In this document: positions 1 through 13,825 of the stretch, piece after piece
Position numbering within the stretch: position 1 is the stretch's first letter
How the letters are laid out: each line of letters opens with the position of its first letter
Assembly: GCA_030390025.1 (NCBI GenBank)
Contig: JASTWF010000034.1
Span: 5,394,001-5,458,000 of the forward strand
DNA from: Squalus acanthias
Taxonomy: Eukaryota
Direction: 5' to 3'
DNA length: 64,000 bases
Made by a program: the position numbers and the translations under genes
Notes under the pieces: generated by a model
The model's database searches: none
Seen by the model: only the letters and a program-made list of their open reading frames with translations
Told to the model about the DNA's origin: nothing

Positions 1-3000
1 AGTAATCGGACACACCCCGAGATCAGTCAAACCCCTGGGTCTGTAATCGGACACACCCCCAGGACCAGTCAAACCCCCGGCTCTGTGATCGGACACAGCC
101 CCGGGACCAGTAAAACCCCCGGCTCTGTGATCAGACACACCCCCGGGACCAGTCAAACCCCCGGCTCTGTGATCAGACCCACCCCCAGGGCCAGACACAC
201 CCCTGGTTCTGTGATCGGACACACCCCCCAGGAGCAGTCAAACCCCTGGTTCTGTGATCGGACACCCCCCGGAAGCAGTCAAACACCTGGGTCTGTGATC
301 GGACACAACCCCAGGACCAGACAAACCCCTGGGTCTGTGATCGGACACACCCCCGGGACCAGTCAAACATCCGACTCTGTGATAAAACATAGACCCAGGT
401 CGAACAAACCCCCAGCTCAGTGATCAGGCACAGCCACGGGACCAGTCGAACCTCCGACTCTATGATCAGACACAGCCCCGGGACCATTCAAACACCTGGC
501 TCTGTGATCAGACACTCCATCGGGAGCAGTCAAACCCCTGGATCTGTGATCGGAGACAACCCCGGGACCAGTCAAACCCCAGGCTCTGTGATCGGACACA
601 CCCCCAAGAAAAGTCAAACCACCGGTTCTGTGATCGGACACATCCCCGGGACCAGTCAAACCCCCGGCTCTGTGATCAGACACACCCCAGGGATCAGTCA
701 AACCCCCGGGTCTCTGATCGGACACACCCCCGGGACCAGTCAAACCCCTGGGTCAATGATTGGAAACACCTTCGGGGCCAGACCAACCCCTGGGTCAATG
801 ATCAGACACACCCCCCGGGACCAGTCAAAGCCCCAGCACTGTGATCGGACACACCCCCGGGACCAGTCAAACCCCCGGGACTCTGATCGGACACAGCCCC
901 GGGAGCAGTCATACCCCTGGGTCAGTGATCGGACACTCCCCCAGGATCAGTCAAACCCCCGGGTCTCTGATCGGACACAGCCCAGGGACCAGTCAAACCC
1001 CCGGCTCTGTGATCGGACATAGCCACCTGGACCAGTCAATCCCCTGGGTCAGTGATTGGACACAGCCCCGGAACCATTCTTACCCCCGCCTCTGTGATCA
1101 GACACAACCCCGGGACCAGTCAAACCCCCGGCTTTGTGATCGGATACACCCGCAGGACTAGTCAAACCCCTGGGTCTGTGATCGGACACACCCCCGGGAC
1201 CAGTCAAACAACTGGGTCTGTGATCAAACACACCCACGGGACCAGTCAAACCCCCGGCTCTGTGATCGGACACACCCACAGGACCAGTCAAACCCCCGGC
1301 TCTGTGATCGGACACACCCCCGGAACCACACAAACCCCCGGCTCTGTGATCGGACACACCCCGGGACCAGTCAAACCCCCGGCTCTGTGATCAGACACAC
1401 CCCTGGGACCAGTCAAACCCTCGGGTCTGTGATCGGACACACCCCCAGGAGCAGTCAAACCCCTGGGTCTGTGATCGGACACACCCCCAGGAGCAGTCAA
1501 AGCCCTGGGTCTGTGCTCGGACACACCCCCGGGACCAGTCAAACCCTCGGGTCTGTGATCTGACACACCCCTGGGACCAGTCAAACCCCAGGCTCTGTAA
1601 TCGGACACACCCCCGGGATCAGTCAAACCTTTCGGCTTTGTGATCGGACACACCCACAGGAGCAGGCAAACCCCTGGGTCTGTGATCAAACACACCGCCG
1701 GGACCAGTCAACCCCCCGGCTCTGTCATTAGACTCATCCCCGGGATCAGTCAAACCCCTGGGTCAGTGATCGGACACACCCCGGGACCAGTCAAACCCCG
1801 GGTCTGTGATTGGACACAGCCCCGGGACCAGTCAAACCCCTGGGTTAGTGATCAGACACCCGCCCCCCCGACACCAGACAAACCCCTGGGTCCGTAATCG
1901 GACACACCCCCGGGACCAGTCAAAACCCCGTCTCTGTGATCGGACACACCCCGAGATCAGTCAAACACCCGGGTCTGTGATTGGACACAGCCCCGGGACC
2001 AGTCAAACCCCTGGGTTAGTGATCAGACACACCCCCGGGACCAGTCAAAACCCCGTCTCTCTGATCGGACACACCCCGAGATCTGTCAAACCCCTGGGTC
2101 TGTGATCGGACACAGCCCCGGGACTAATCAAACCCCTTGTTCTGTGATCGGACAAACCCCGAGATCAGTCAAATCCCTGGGTCTGTGATCGGACACACCC
2201 CGCAGGACCAGTCAAACCTCCGGCTCAGTGATCAGACACAAACCAGGAGCAGTGAAATCACTGGGTCTGTGATCAAACACACCCCGTGGACGAGTCAAAA
2301 CCCCGGCTCTGTGATCGGACACACCCCTGGGACCTGTCAAAACCCCCGGCTCTGTGATCGCAGACACCCCTGGGACCAGTCAAACCCCAGTCTCTGTGAT
2401 CAAACCCACCCACAGGACCAGTCAAACCCCCGGCTCTGTGATTAGAGACATCCCCGGGACCAGTCAAACCCCCGGCTCTGTGATCGGACATACCCCCGGG
2501 ACGAGACAAACCCGTGGGTCTGTGATCGGACACACCCCCGGGACCAGTCAAACCCCTTGATCTGTAATCGGACACACCCCGAGATCAGTCAAAGCCCTGG
2601 GTCTGTGATCGGACACACCCCCAGGACCAGTCAAACCCCCGGCTCTGTGATCGGACACAGCCCCGGGACCAGTAAAACCCCGGCTCTGTGATCAAACACA
2701 CCCCCGGGACCAGTCAAACCCCCGGCTCTATGATCAGACACACCCCCAGGACCAGACACACGCCTGGTTCTGTGATCGGACACACCCCCCAGGAGCAGTC
2801 AAACCCCTGGGTCTGTGATCGGACACACCCCCAGGACCAGACAAACCCCTGGGTCTGTGATCGGACACACACCCGGGACCAGTCAAACATCCGGCTCTGT
2901 GATAAAACATAGACCCAGGTCAAATAAACCCCCAGCTCAGTGATCAGGCACAGCCCCGGGACCAGTCGAACCTCCGACTCTGTGATCAGACACAGCCCCG

Positions 3001-6000
3001 GGACCATTCAAACCCCCGGCTCTGTGATCAGACACTCCATCGGGAGCAGTCAAACCCCTGGGTCTGTGATCGAACACACCCCCCGGGAGCAGTCAAATCC
3101 CTGGCTCTGTGATCGGACACACCCCCGGGACCAGTCAAACCCCCGGCTCTATGATCAAACACAGCCCCAGGTCAAACAAACCCCCAGCTCAGTGATCAGA
3201 CACAGCCCCGGGACCAGTCAAACCTCCGACTCTGTGATCAAACACAGCCCCAGGACCAGTCAAACACCCGGCTCTGTGATCGGATACACCCCCGCGTCCA
3301 GCTAAACCCCCGGGTCTATGATCAGACACAACCCAAGGACCAGTCAAACCCCTGGGTCTGTAATCGGACACACCCCGAGATCAGTCAAACCCCTGGGTCT
3401 ATGACCGGACACATCTGCAGGACCAGTCATACCCCTGGGTCTGTGATCGGACACCCCCCCCCCCCCGGGACCAGTCAAACCCCCGACTCTGTGATCGGAC
3501 ACACCCCAGGGACCAGTCAAACCCCTGGCTCTGTGATCGTACAGACCGCTGGCAGCAGTACCACCCTTGGCTCTGTGATCTGACACAGTCCCAGGATCAG
3601 TCAATCACCCGGCTCTGTGATCAGCCACACTCCCAGGACCAGTCAAAACCACGGCACTGTGATCAGACACAAACCAGGAGCTGTCAAACCCCTGTGTCTT
3701 TGATCGGACACACCCCCGGGACCAGTCAAACCACTGGGTCTCTGATCAAACGCACCCCGTGGAAGAATCAAACCCCCGGCTCTTTGATCGGACACACCCC
3801 CGGGACCAGTCAAAACCCCGGCTCTGTGATCAAACACACCCCCGGGACCAGTCAAACCCTCGGCTCTGTGATCGGACACACCCCTGGGACCAGTCAAACC
3901 ACAGGCTCTATGATCAAACCCACCAACAGGAACAGTGAAACCCCCGGCTCTGTGATCGGACACACCACCGGGACCAGTCAAACCCCTGGGTTTGTGATCG
4001 GACACACCACCGGAACCTCACAAACCCCCGGCTCTGTGATCGGACACACCCCCGGGACCAGTCGAACCCCCGGCTCTGTGATCGGACAGACCCCCGGGAC
4101 CAGTCAAACCCCTGGGTCACTGATCGGACACACCCCCAGGACCAGTCAAACACCCGGCTCTGTGATCGGACACACCCCCAGGCGCAGTCAAACCCCTGGG
4201 TCTGTTCTCGGACACACCCCCGGGACCAGTCAAACCCTCGGGTCTGTGATCAGACAGACCCCCGGGACCAGTGAAACCCCAGGCTCTGTGATAGGACACA
4301 CCCCCAGGAGCAGGCAAACCCCTGGGTCTGTGATCAAACACACCGCCGGGACCAGTCAACACCCCGGCTCTGTGAACAGACACACCCCCAGGACCAGTCA
4401 AACACCCGGCTCTGTGATTAGACTCATCCCCGGGATCAGTCAAACCCCTGGGTCAGTGATCGGGCACACCCCCGGGACCAGTCAAACCATCGGCTCTATA
4501 ATCGGACACACCCCCGAGACCAGTCAAAACCCCGTCTCTGTGATCGGACACACCCCGAGATCAGTCAAACCCCTGAGTCTGTGATCGGACACTCCCACGG
4601 GACCAGTCAAACCCCTTGTACTGTAATCGGACACAACCCGAGATCAGTCAAACCCCTGGGTCTGTGATCGGACACAGCCCCGGGACAAGTCAAACCACCG
4701 GCTCTGTAATCGGACACACTCCGAGATCAGTCAAACCCCTGGGTCTGTGATCGGACACACCCCCGGGACCAGTCAAAACCCCGGCTCTGTGATCGGACAC
4801 ACCCCGAGATCAGTCAAATCCCTGCGTTTGTGATCGGACACACCCCCCGGGACCAGTCAAAACCCCGGCTCTGTGATCAGACACACCCCCAGGAACAGAA
4901 AAACCCCCGGCTCTGTGATCAAACACACCCCAAAGACCAGTCAAATCCCCGGGTCAGTGGTCGGACACAGCCCCAAGACCAGACAAACCCTCGTCTCTGC
5001 GATCGGACACACACCCCCAGGAACAGTCAAACCCCCTGCTCTGTGATCAGACACTCCAGCGGGAGCAGTCAAACCCCCGGCTCTGTGATCAGACACACCC
5101 CCGGGACAAGTCAAACCCCCGGCTCTGTGATCAAACACACCCCCGGGACAAGTCAAACCCCCGGCTCTGTGATCAAACACAGCCCCAGGATCAGACAATC
5201 CCCCTGCTCTGTGATCAGACACACCCCCGGGACAAGTCAAACCCCCGGCTCTGTGATCAGACACACCCCCGCGACCAGTCAAACCCCGGGCTATGTGATC
5301 AGACACACCCCCGGGACCAGTCAAACCCTCGGCTCTGTGATCAAACACAGCCCCAGGATCAGACAATCCCCCTGCTCTATGATCAGACACACCCCCGGGA
5401 CCAGTCAAACCCCGGGCTCTGTGATCAGACACCCCCCCGGGACCAGTCAAACCCCGGGCTCTGTGATCAGATACACCCCGGGAACAGTCAAACCCCCGGC
5501 TCTGTGATCAGACACACCCCCCAGAACCAGTCAAACTCCCGGCTCTGTGATCGGACACACCCCCCGGACCAGGCAAACCCCTGGGTCTGTATCGGACACA
5601 CCCCCATGGGAGCAGTCAAACCCCTGGGTCTGTGATCAGACACACCCCCGGGACCAGTCAAACCCCGGGCTCTGTGATCAGACACACCTCCGGGACCAGT
5701 CAAAACCCTGGCTCTTTGATCGGGCACACCCCGGGACCAGTCAAACCCCTGGCACTGTGATCAGAGACACCCGCGGGGCCAGTCAAACCCCCGGCTCTGT
5801 GATCGGACACAATCCTGGGACCAGTTAAACACCCGGCTCTGTGATCAGACACACCCCTGGGTCATTGATCAGACACAGCCCCAGGACCAGTCAAATCACC
5901 GGCTCTGTGATCAGACACACCCCCAGGACCAGTCAAACCCCCGGCTATGTGATCAGACACACCCCTATGACCAGTAAAATCCCCGGCTCTGTGATCGGAA

Positions 6001-9000
6001 ACACCCCGGGAACAGTCAAACCCCCGGCTCTGTGATCAGACACACCCCCGGGACCAGCCTAACCCTTGGGTCCGTTATCGGACACACCCCTGGGACCTGT
6101 CAAACACCTGGGACTGTGATCGGACACAGCCCCGGGACCAGTCAAACACCTGGGTCTGTGACCGTACACACCCCCAGTAGCAGCCAAACCCGTGGGTCTG
6201 TGAAAGGAAACACCCCCAGGAGAAGTCAAACCACTGGGTCTGTGATCACACACACCCCTGGGACCAGTCAAACCCCTGGCTCTCTGATCAGACACACACC
6301 CGGGACCAGTCAAATCCCTGGGTCTGTGATCGGACACCGCCCCGGGTCCAATAAGATTCCCTGGGTCAGTGAGCGGACACAGCCCCAGGCCAAGTAAAAC
6401 CCCCGGGTCTGTGATCAGACACACCCCAAGGACCAGTCAAAACCCCGGGGTCTGCGATCAGACACACCTCCAGGACCAGTCAAAACCCCCGGCTCTGTTA
6501 TCGGACACCCCCTGGGACAAGTCAAGCCCCCGGCTCTGTGATCGGACACACCCCCGGGACCAGTCAAACCCCCGGCTCTGTGATCGGACACACCCCCGGA
6601 ACCAGTCAAACCCCGGCTCTCTGATCACACACACCCACGGGACCAGTCAAACCTCCGGCTCTGTGATCGGACACACCCCGGGACCAGTCAAAGCCCTGGG
6701 TCCGTGATTCAGACACACCCCCAGGACCAGTCAAAACCCCGGCTCTGTGATCAGACACACACCCGGGACCAGTCAAATCCCCGGCTCTGTGATCAGATAC
6801 ATTCCCAGGACCAGTCAAACCCCCGGCTCTGTGATCAGACACACCCCCAGGACCAGTCAAACCCCCTGCTCTGTGATCAGACTCACCCCCGGGACCAGTC
6901 AAACCCCCGGCTCTGTGATCGGACACACCCCCACAACCAGTCAAACACCGGGATCTCTGATTGGACACCCCCCGGGATGAGACAAACCACTGGATCTGTG
7001 ATCGGACACACCGCCGGGACCAGCCTAACCCTTGGGTCCTTTATCGGACACTCCCCCGGGACTTGTCAAACCCCCGGCACTGTGATAGGAAACACCCCCA
7101 GGAGAAGTCAAGCCACTGGGTCTGGGATCACACACACCCCCGGGACCAGTTAAACCCCCGGCTCTCTGATCAAACACACCCCTGGGACCAGTCAAATCCC
7201 TGGGTCAGTGATCGGACACAGCCCCGGGCCAAGTAAAACCCCTGGGTCAGTGATCAGACACACCCCCAGGACCAGTCAAAAACCCAGCTCCATGATCGGA
7301 CACCCGCCGGAGCCAGTCAAAACCCCGGCTCTGTGATCGGTCACACCCCCGGGACCAGTCAAACGCCCGGCTCTGTGATCGGACACACCCCGGGGACCAT
7401 TCAAACACCCGGCTCTGTGATCAGACACACCGCCGGGAACAGTCAACCCCCAGATCTGTGATCGGACACAACCCCAGGACCAGTCAAACCCCCGGCTCTG
7501 TGATCAGACTCAGCACCAGGAACAGTCAAACCCACAGCTCTGTGATCAGACACAGCCCCGGGACTAGTCAAACCACCGGCTCTGTTATCGGACACAATCC
7601 CGTTACCAGTCAAACCCCCGGCTCTGTGATCGGACTCACCCCCGGGACCAGTCAACCCCCCGGCTCTGTGATCGGACACACACCCGGGGATCAGTCAAAC
7701 CCCTGGGTCTGTATCGGACAACACCCCGGGACCAGGTAAACCCCTGGGTCAGTGATCGGACGCACTCCCGGGACGAGACAAACCACATGGTCGGTGATCG
7801 AACACACCCCCGGGACCAGCCTAACCCTTGGGTCCGTTATCGGACACACCCCCGGGACCTGTCAAACCCCCGGATCTGTGATAGGAAACACCCCCAGGAG
7901 AAGCGAAACCACTGGGTCTGGGATAACACACACCCCCGGGACCAGTCAAACCCCCGGCTCTCTGATCAGACACACCCCCGGGACCAGTCAAATCCCTGGT
8001 TCTGTGATCGGACACCGCCCTGGGTCCAGTCAAATCCCTGGGTCAGTGATCGGACACAGCCCCGGGCCAAGTAAAACCCCTGGGTCTGTGATCAGACACA
8101 CCCCCAGGGCCAGTCAAAAACTCAGCTCTGTGATTGGACACCCCCCGGGACTGCACAAACACCCGGGACTGTGATCGGACACACCACCGCGCTCAGTCAA
8201 ACCCCGGCTCTGTGATCAGACGCACCCCCGTGACCAGTCACACACCTGGGTCTGTGATCGGACACCCTATGGGATCAGTCAAACCCCCGGCTCTGTGATC
8301 AAACGCACCCCCAGGACCAGTCAGACCCCTGGTTCAGTGATCGATACACACTCCCGGGCTAGTCAAAACACAGGCTCTGTGATCAAACACAGGCTCTGTG
8401 ATCAAACACAGTCCCAGGAACAGTCAAACCCCAGGCTCTGTGATCAGACACACCCCCAGGAGCAGTCAAACCCTCGGATCAGTGATCGGACTCACCCCCG
8501 GGACCAGTCAAACCCCCGGCTCTGTGATTGAACACACCCCTGGGACCAGTCAAACCCCCGGGGCTGTGATCAGACACACCCCCGGGTCCAGACAAAACCC
8601 CGGATCTGTGATCGGACACACCCCAGCGACCAGTCAAAACCTCGGCTCTGTGATCAGAAACAGCCCCAGGACCAGTCAAACCCCCGGCTCTGTGATCGGA
8701 CACACCGCCGGGACCAGTCAAACCCCTGGGTCAGAGATCGGACACACCCCCATTAGCAGTCAAACCCGTTGGTCTGTGATCGGAAACACCCCCAGGAACT
8801 TTCAAAACCCTGGGCCTGGGATCAAACACACCACCGGGACCAGTCAAATCATTGGGTCAGTTATCAGACACCCCCCCCAGGACCAGTCAAACAACTGGCT
8901 CTGTGATCGGACACACCCCCGAACCAGTCTAACCCCTGGATCAGTGATCGGACACAACCCCGGCACCAGTCTAACCTCTGGATCAGTGATCGGACACACC

Positions 9001-9718
9001 CCCGGGACCAGTCAAACCCCTGGGTCTGTGATCAGACACCCCCAGGGACCAGTCAAAGCCCCGGGTCTGTGATCGGACACACCCCCGGCACCAGTCTAAC
9101 CCCTGGATCAGTGATCAAACACAGCCCCAGGGCCAGTCAAACCCAATGCTCTGTGATCAAACACAGCCCCAGCACCAGTCAAACTCCAGGGTCTGTGATC
9201 AGACACACCCCTCCAGGACCAGTCAATCCCCCGGCTCTGTGATCAAACACATGCCCAGGACCAGTCAAACCCCCAGGTCTGTGATCAGACACACCCCCGG
9301 GACCAGTAAAACCCCCGGCTCTGTGATCAGACTCACCCCCAGGAGCACTCAAAACCCCGGCTCTTTGATCGGACACACACCCGGGACCAGTCAAAACCCC
9401 GGCTCTTTGATTGGACACATCCCCAGGACCAATCAATCTCCTGCGACTGATCAGACCCCCGGGATCTGTCATATCCCCGGGTCTTTTAAGGAACGCACAC
9501 CAGGGACTGGTCAAATCCCCGGGATCGGTCAAGTTCTCGGGACTTGTCAATGCCACAGGTCCATGATCGGACACACTCTTGGGAGCGGTCGAACACCCAG
9601 GTCCAGTCAAACCAAAGGATCTGTGATCGGATGCAGCCTGCGTCCAGTCAAACCCCTGGGACAGCTCAAACCCCCGGGTCCATGATCGGACCAACCCCCG
9701 GGACAGGTGTAATTACGA

Positions 9719-9910
9719 GGACCGGTAAAAAAACCCGGGTCTGTGATGGGACACAACCTAAGGACCGGTAAAAAACCCCGGGACTGTGATCGGACACAAC
9801 CTATGGACCGGTAAAAACCCCCGGGAATGTGACCGGACACAACCCAGGGACCGGAAAAAACCCCCGGGACTGTGATCGGACACAACCAAGGGACCGGTAA
9901 AAAACCCCGG
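9719..9910 (+). repeat. 43-bp SatA variant with ACCGGT and an A5-7 tract (5 A-tract units)
   Basis: ACCGG(T/A)AAAAA starts at 9721, 9764, 9807, 9850 and 9893 (43-bp period). The second cassette has 4 units at about 13045-13195. Confidence 0.85.
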
Positions 9911-9984
9911 GTCTGTGATTGGACACCCCAACACGACCGGTCAAACCCCCGGCTCCGTGATCAGACACATCAATGGGACAAGTC

Positions 9985-10270
9985 AAACAGCCGAGTCCAT
10001 GATCAGTCACACCCCGGGGACTGGTCAAACGACCGAGTCCATGATCGGACACACCCAGGGGATTGGTCAAACAGCCGAGTCCATGATCAGTCACACCCCG
10101 GGGACTGGTCAAACGCCCGAGTCCATGATCGGACACACCCAGGGGATTGGTCAAGCAGCCGAGTCCATGATCAGTCACTCGCCGGGGACTGGTGAAACGC
10201 CCGAGTCCATGATCAGTCACTCCCCGGGGACTGTTCAAACGTCCGAGTCCATGATCGGACACAGCCCCGG
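9985..10270 (+). repeat. SatA' variant block (42-bp; AAACGCCCGAGTCCATGATC(A/G)G(T/A)CACACCCCGGGGACTGGTC), 7 copies
   Basis: GAGTCCATGATC occurs at 42-bp spacing from 9993 to 10245. Confidence 0.88.
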
Positions 10271-12745
10271 CACAGATCAAACCCATTGGTCTGGGCGAAA
10301 TCCTGTGTCCGTGATCTGAAACACTCCTGGGACCGGTCAAACCGCCGGATCTTTGATCGGACACAACCCCGAGACAGGTCAAATTAATGGGACTTGTCAA
10401 GCTCCCGTGACCAGTCTAACCACCGGGACCATTCAAACCCCCGGGGGCATGACCAAACACACCCCTGGTACAGGTAAAACCCCAACACGTCAAAACCTCG
10501 GGTCTGTGATCGGACACAGCCCCATGACCAGTCAAACCCCCGGCTCTGTGATCGGACACAACCCCCAGGAACAGTCAAACCCCCGGGTCAGTGATCAGAC
10601 ACACCCCAGGACCAGTCATACCCCTTGGTCTGTGATTGGACACACTCTCCGGTACCAGACAAACCCCCGGCTCTGTGATTGGACACACCCCCGGGACAAG
10701 TCAAACCCCGGCTCTGTGATCAGACACAGCCCCAAGACCAGTCAAACCACCGGCTCTGTGATGAGACACACCCCCGGGACCAGTAAAACTCCGGCTCTGT
10801 AATTGGACACGCACCGGGACAAATCAAACCCCCGGCTCTGTGATCAGACACACCCCAGGACCAGTCAAACCCCCGGATCTGTGATCAGACACAGCACCCG
10901 GGACCAGTCAAACCCCCGGCTCTGTGATTAGACACACCCCCAGGACCAATCAAACCCCTGGGTCTGTGATCGGATACACTCCCCGAGACCAGACAAATCC
11001 CCGCCTCTGTGATCAGACACAACCCCGGGATCAGTCAAACCCCCGGCTCAGTGATCAGTCCCACCCCTGGGACCAGTCAAACACCCGGCTCTGTGATCGG
11101 ACACAACCCCCGGGACCAGACAAACATCGGCTCTGTGATCAGACACACCCCCGGTACCAGTCAAACCCCCGACTCTGTGATCGGACACACCCCCGGGACC
11201 AGTCAAACCCCTGGGTCTGTGATCAAACACACCCCCGGGACTAGTCAAATCCCGGGTCAGTGATTAGACACATCCCCGGGACCAGTCAAACCCCCGCCTC
11301 TGTGATAAGACACCCCCCCGGGACAAGTCAAATCCCCGGCACTGAGATCAAATACAGCCCCAGGACCAGTGAAACCCCCTGCTCTGTGATCAAACACAGC
11401 CCCAGGTCCTATCAAACGCCAGGGTCTGTGATCAGACACCCCCCGGGGACCAGTCAAACCCCAGGGTGTGTGATCGGACACCCCCCTCCAGGACCAGTCA
11501 ATCCCCCGGCTCTGTGTTCAAACACATCCCCAGGACAAGTCAAAACCCCGGCTCTGTAATCAGACACAACCCCAGGAACAGTCAAACCCCCGGGTCTGTG
11601 CACAGACACACCACCGGGACCAGTCAAACACCCGGGTCTGTGATCGGACACTCCCCCAGGACCAGTCAAACACCCGGGTCTGTGATCGGACACTCCCCCA
11701 GGACCAGTCAAAACCTCGGGTCTGCGGTCAGACACACCCCCGGGACTAGACAAACCCCCGGCTCTGTGATCGGACACAGCCCCAGGACAAGTCAAACCCC
11801 CGGCTCTGTGAGCGGACACACCCCCGCGAACAGTCAAACACCCGGGTCTGCGATCAGACACAGCCCCAGGACCAGTCAAAACCCCGGCTCTGAGTTCGGA
11901 CACACCCCCCGGGACCAGTCAAACCCCTGGGTCAGAGAGTGGACACACCCCCAGTAGCAGTCAAACCCGTGGGTCTGTGATCAGAAACACCCCCAGGAGC
12001 AGTCAATCCCCTGGATCTGGGATCAACCACACCCCCGGGACCAGTCAAACACCCGGCTCTGTGATCCAACACACCCCCGGGACCATTCAAATCCCTTGGT
12101 CAGTGATCAGACACACCCCCAGGACCAGTCAAACAAGCGGCTCTGTTATCGGACACACCCCCGGGACCAGTCAAAGCCCCGGCTCTGTGTTTGGACACAC
12201 CCCCGGAACCAGTCTAACCCCTGGATCTGTGATCGGACACAGCCGGGACTAGTCAAAGCCACGGCTCTGTGATCAGACACAGCCCCGTGACCAGTCAAAC
12301 CCCCGGGTCTGTGATCGGACACAACCCCGGGACCATTCAAACCACCGCCTCTGTGATAAGACACACCCCCGGGACAAGTCAAATCACCGGCACTTTGATC
12401 AAACACAGCCCCAGGACAAGTGAAACCCCCTGCTCTGTGATCAAACACAGCCCCAGGACCAGTCAAACTCCAGGGTCTGTGATCAGACACCCCCCCGGGA
12501 CCAGTCAAACACCAGGGTCTGTGATCGGACACCCCCCTCCAGGACCAGTCAAACCCCCGGCTCTGTGATCAAACACACGCCCAGGACCAGTCAAACCCAC
12601 AGGTCTGTGATCAGACACACCCCCGGGACCAGTAAAACCCCCGGCTCTGTGATCAGACTCAACCCCAGGAGCAGTCAAAATCCCGGCTCTTTGATCGGAC
12701 ACACACCCGGGATCAGTCAAAACCCCGGCTCTTTGATTGGAAACA

Positions 12746-13825
12746 TCCCCAGGACCATTCAAACCCCTGTGACTGATCAGACCCCCGGGATCTGTCATAT
12801 CCCCGGGTCTTTTAAGGAACGCACCCCATGGACTGGTCAGATCCCCGGGATCGGTCAAGTTCCCGGGACTTGTCAATGCCCCAGGACCATGATCGGACAC
12901 ACTCCTGGGAGCGGTCGAACACCCAGGTCCAGTCAAATCAAATGATCTGTGATCGGATGCACCCTGCGTCCAGTCAAACCCCTGGGACAGCTCATACCCC
13001 CGGGTCCATAATCGGACCAACCCCCGGGACAGGTGTAATTACCGGGACTGGTAAAAAAACCCGGGTCTGTGATGGGACACAACCTAAGGACCGGTAAAAA
13101 ACCCCGGGACTGTGATCGGACAGAACCTATGGACCGGTAAAAACCCCCGGGACTGTGATTGGACACAACCAACGGACCGGTAAAAATCCCCGGGTCTGTG
13201 ATTGGACACCCCAACACGACCGGTCAAACCCCCGGCTCCGTGATCAGACACATCAATGGGACAAGTCAAATAGCCGAGTCCATGATCAGTCACACCCCGG
13301 GGATTGGTCAAACGCCCGAGTCAATGATCGGACACACCCAGGGGATTGGTCAAACAGCCAAGTCCATGATCAGTCACTCGCCGGGGACTGGTGAAACGCC
13401 CGAGTCCATGATCAGTCACTCCCCGGGGACTGGTCAAACGCCCGAGTCCATGATCAGTCACACCCCGGGGACTGGTCAAACAGTCGAGTCCATGATCAGT
13501 CACACCCCGGGGACTGGTCAAACGCCCGAGTCCATGATCAGACACACCCCGGGGACTGTTCAAACGCCCGAGTCCATGATCGGACACAGCCCCGGCACAG
13601 ATCAAACCCCTTGGTCTGGGCGAAATCCTGTGTCCGTGATCTGAAACACTCCTGGGACCGGTCAAACCGTCGGATCTTTGATCGGACACAACCCCGAGAC
13701 AGGTCAACCTCCTGGGACTTGTCAAACTCCCGTGACCAGTCTCACCACCGGGACCAGTCAAACCCCCGGGGCCATGGCCAAACAGACCCCTGGGACCGGT
13801 AAAACCCCAACACGTCAAAACCTCG
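12746..13825 (+). repeat. Degenerate satellite cassette, copy 2
   Basis: Collinear with 9420-10500 at an offset of 3325-3326 (GTCTTTTAAG at 9481 vs 12807; CTGGGCGAAA at 10291 vs 13616). Confidence 0.9.
13268..13595 (+). repeat. SatA' variant block, 8 copies
   Basis: GAGTCCATGATC-like motif at 42-bp spacing from about 13276 to 13570. Confidence 0.88.

Larger units (their letters stand above)
9420..10500 (+). repeat. Degenerate satellite cassette, copy 1 (18-bp-rich flank, 43-bp A-tract variant, SatA' block, exit flank)
   Basis: Distinctive sequences (GTCTTTTAAGGAACGC, CACATCAATGGGACAAG, TGGTCTGGGCGAAATCCTGTGTCC) recur about 3326 bp downstream. Confidence 0.9.

Noticed and set aside
9420..10500. 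Cassette as a transposon or SINE insertion
   Set aside because: It decomposes into degenerate 18/24-bp SatA modules. I see no terminal inverted repeats, LTRs, poly-A tail, target-site duplication or coding remnant.
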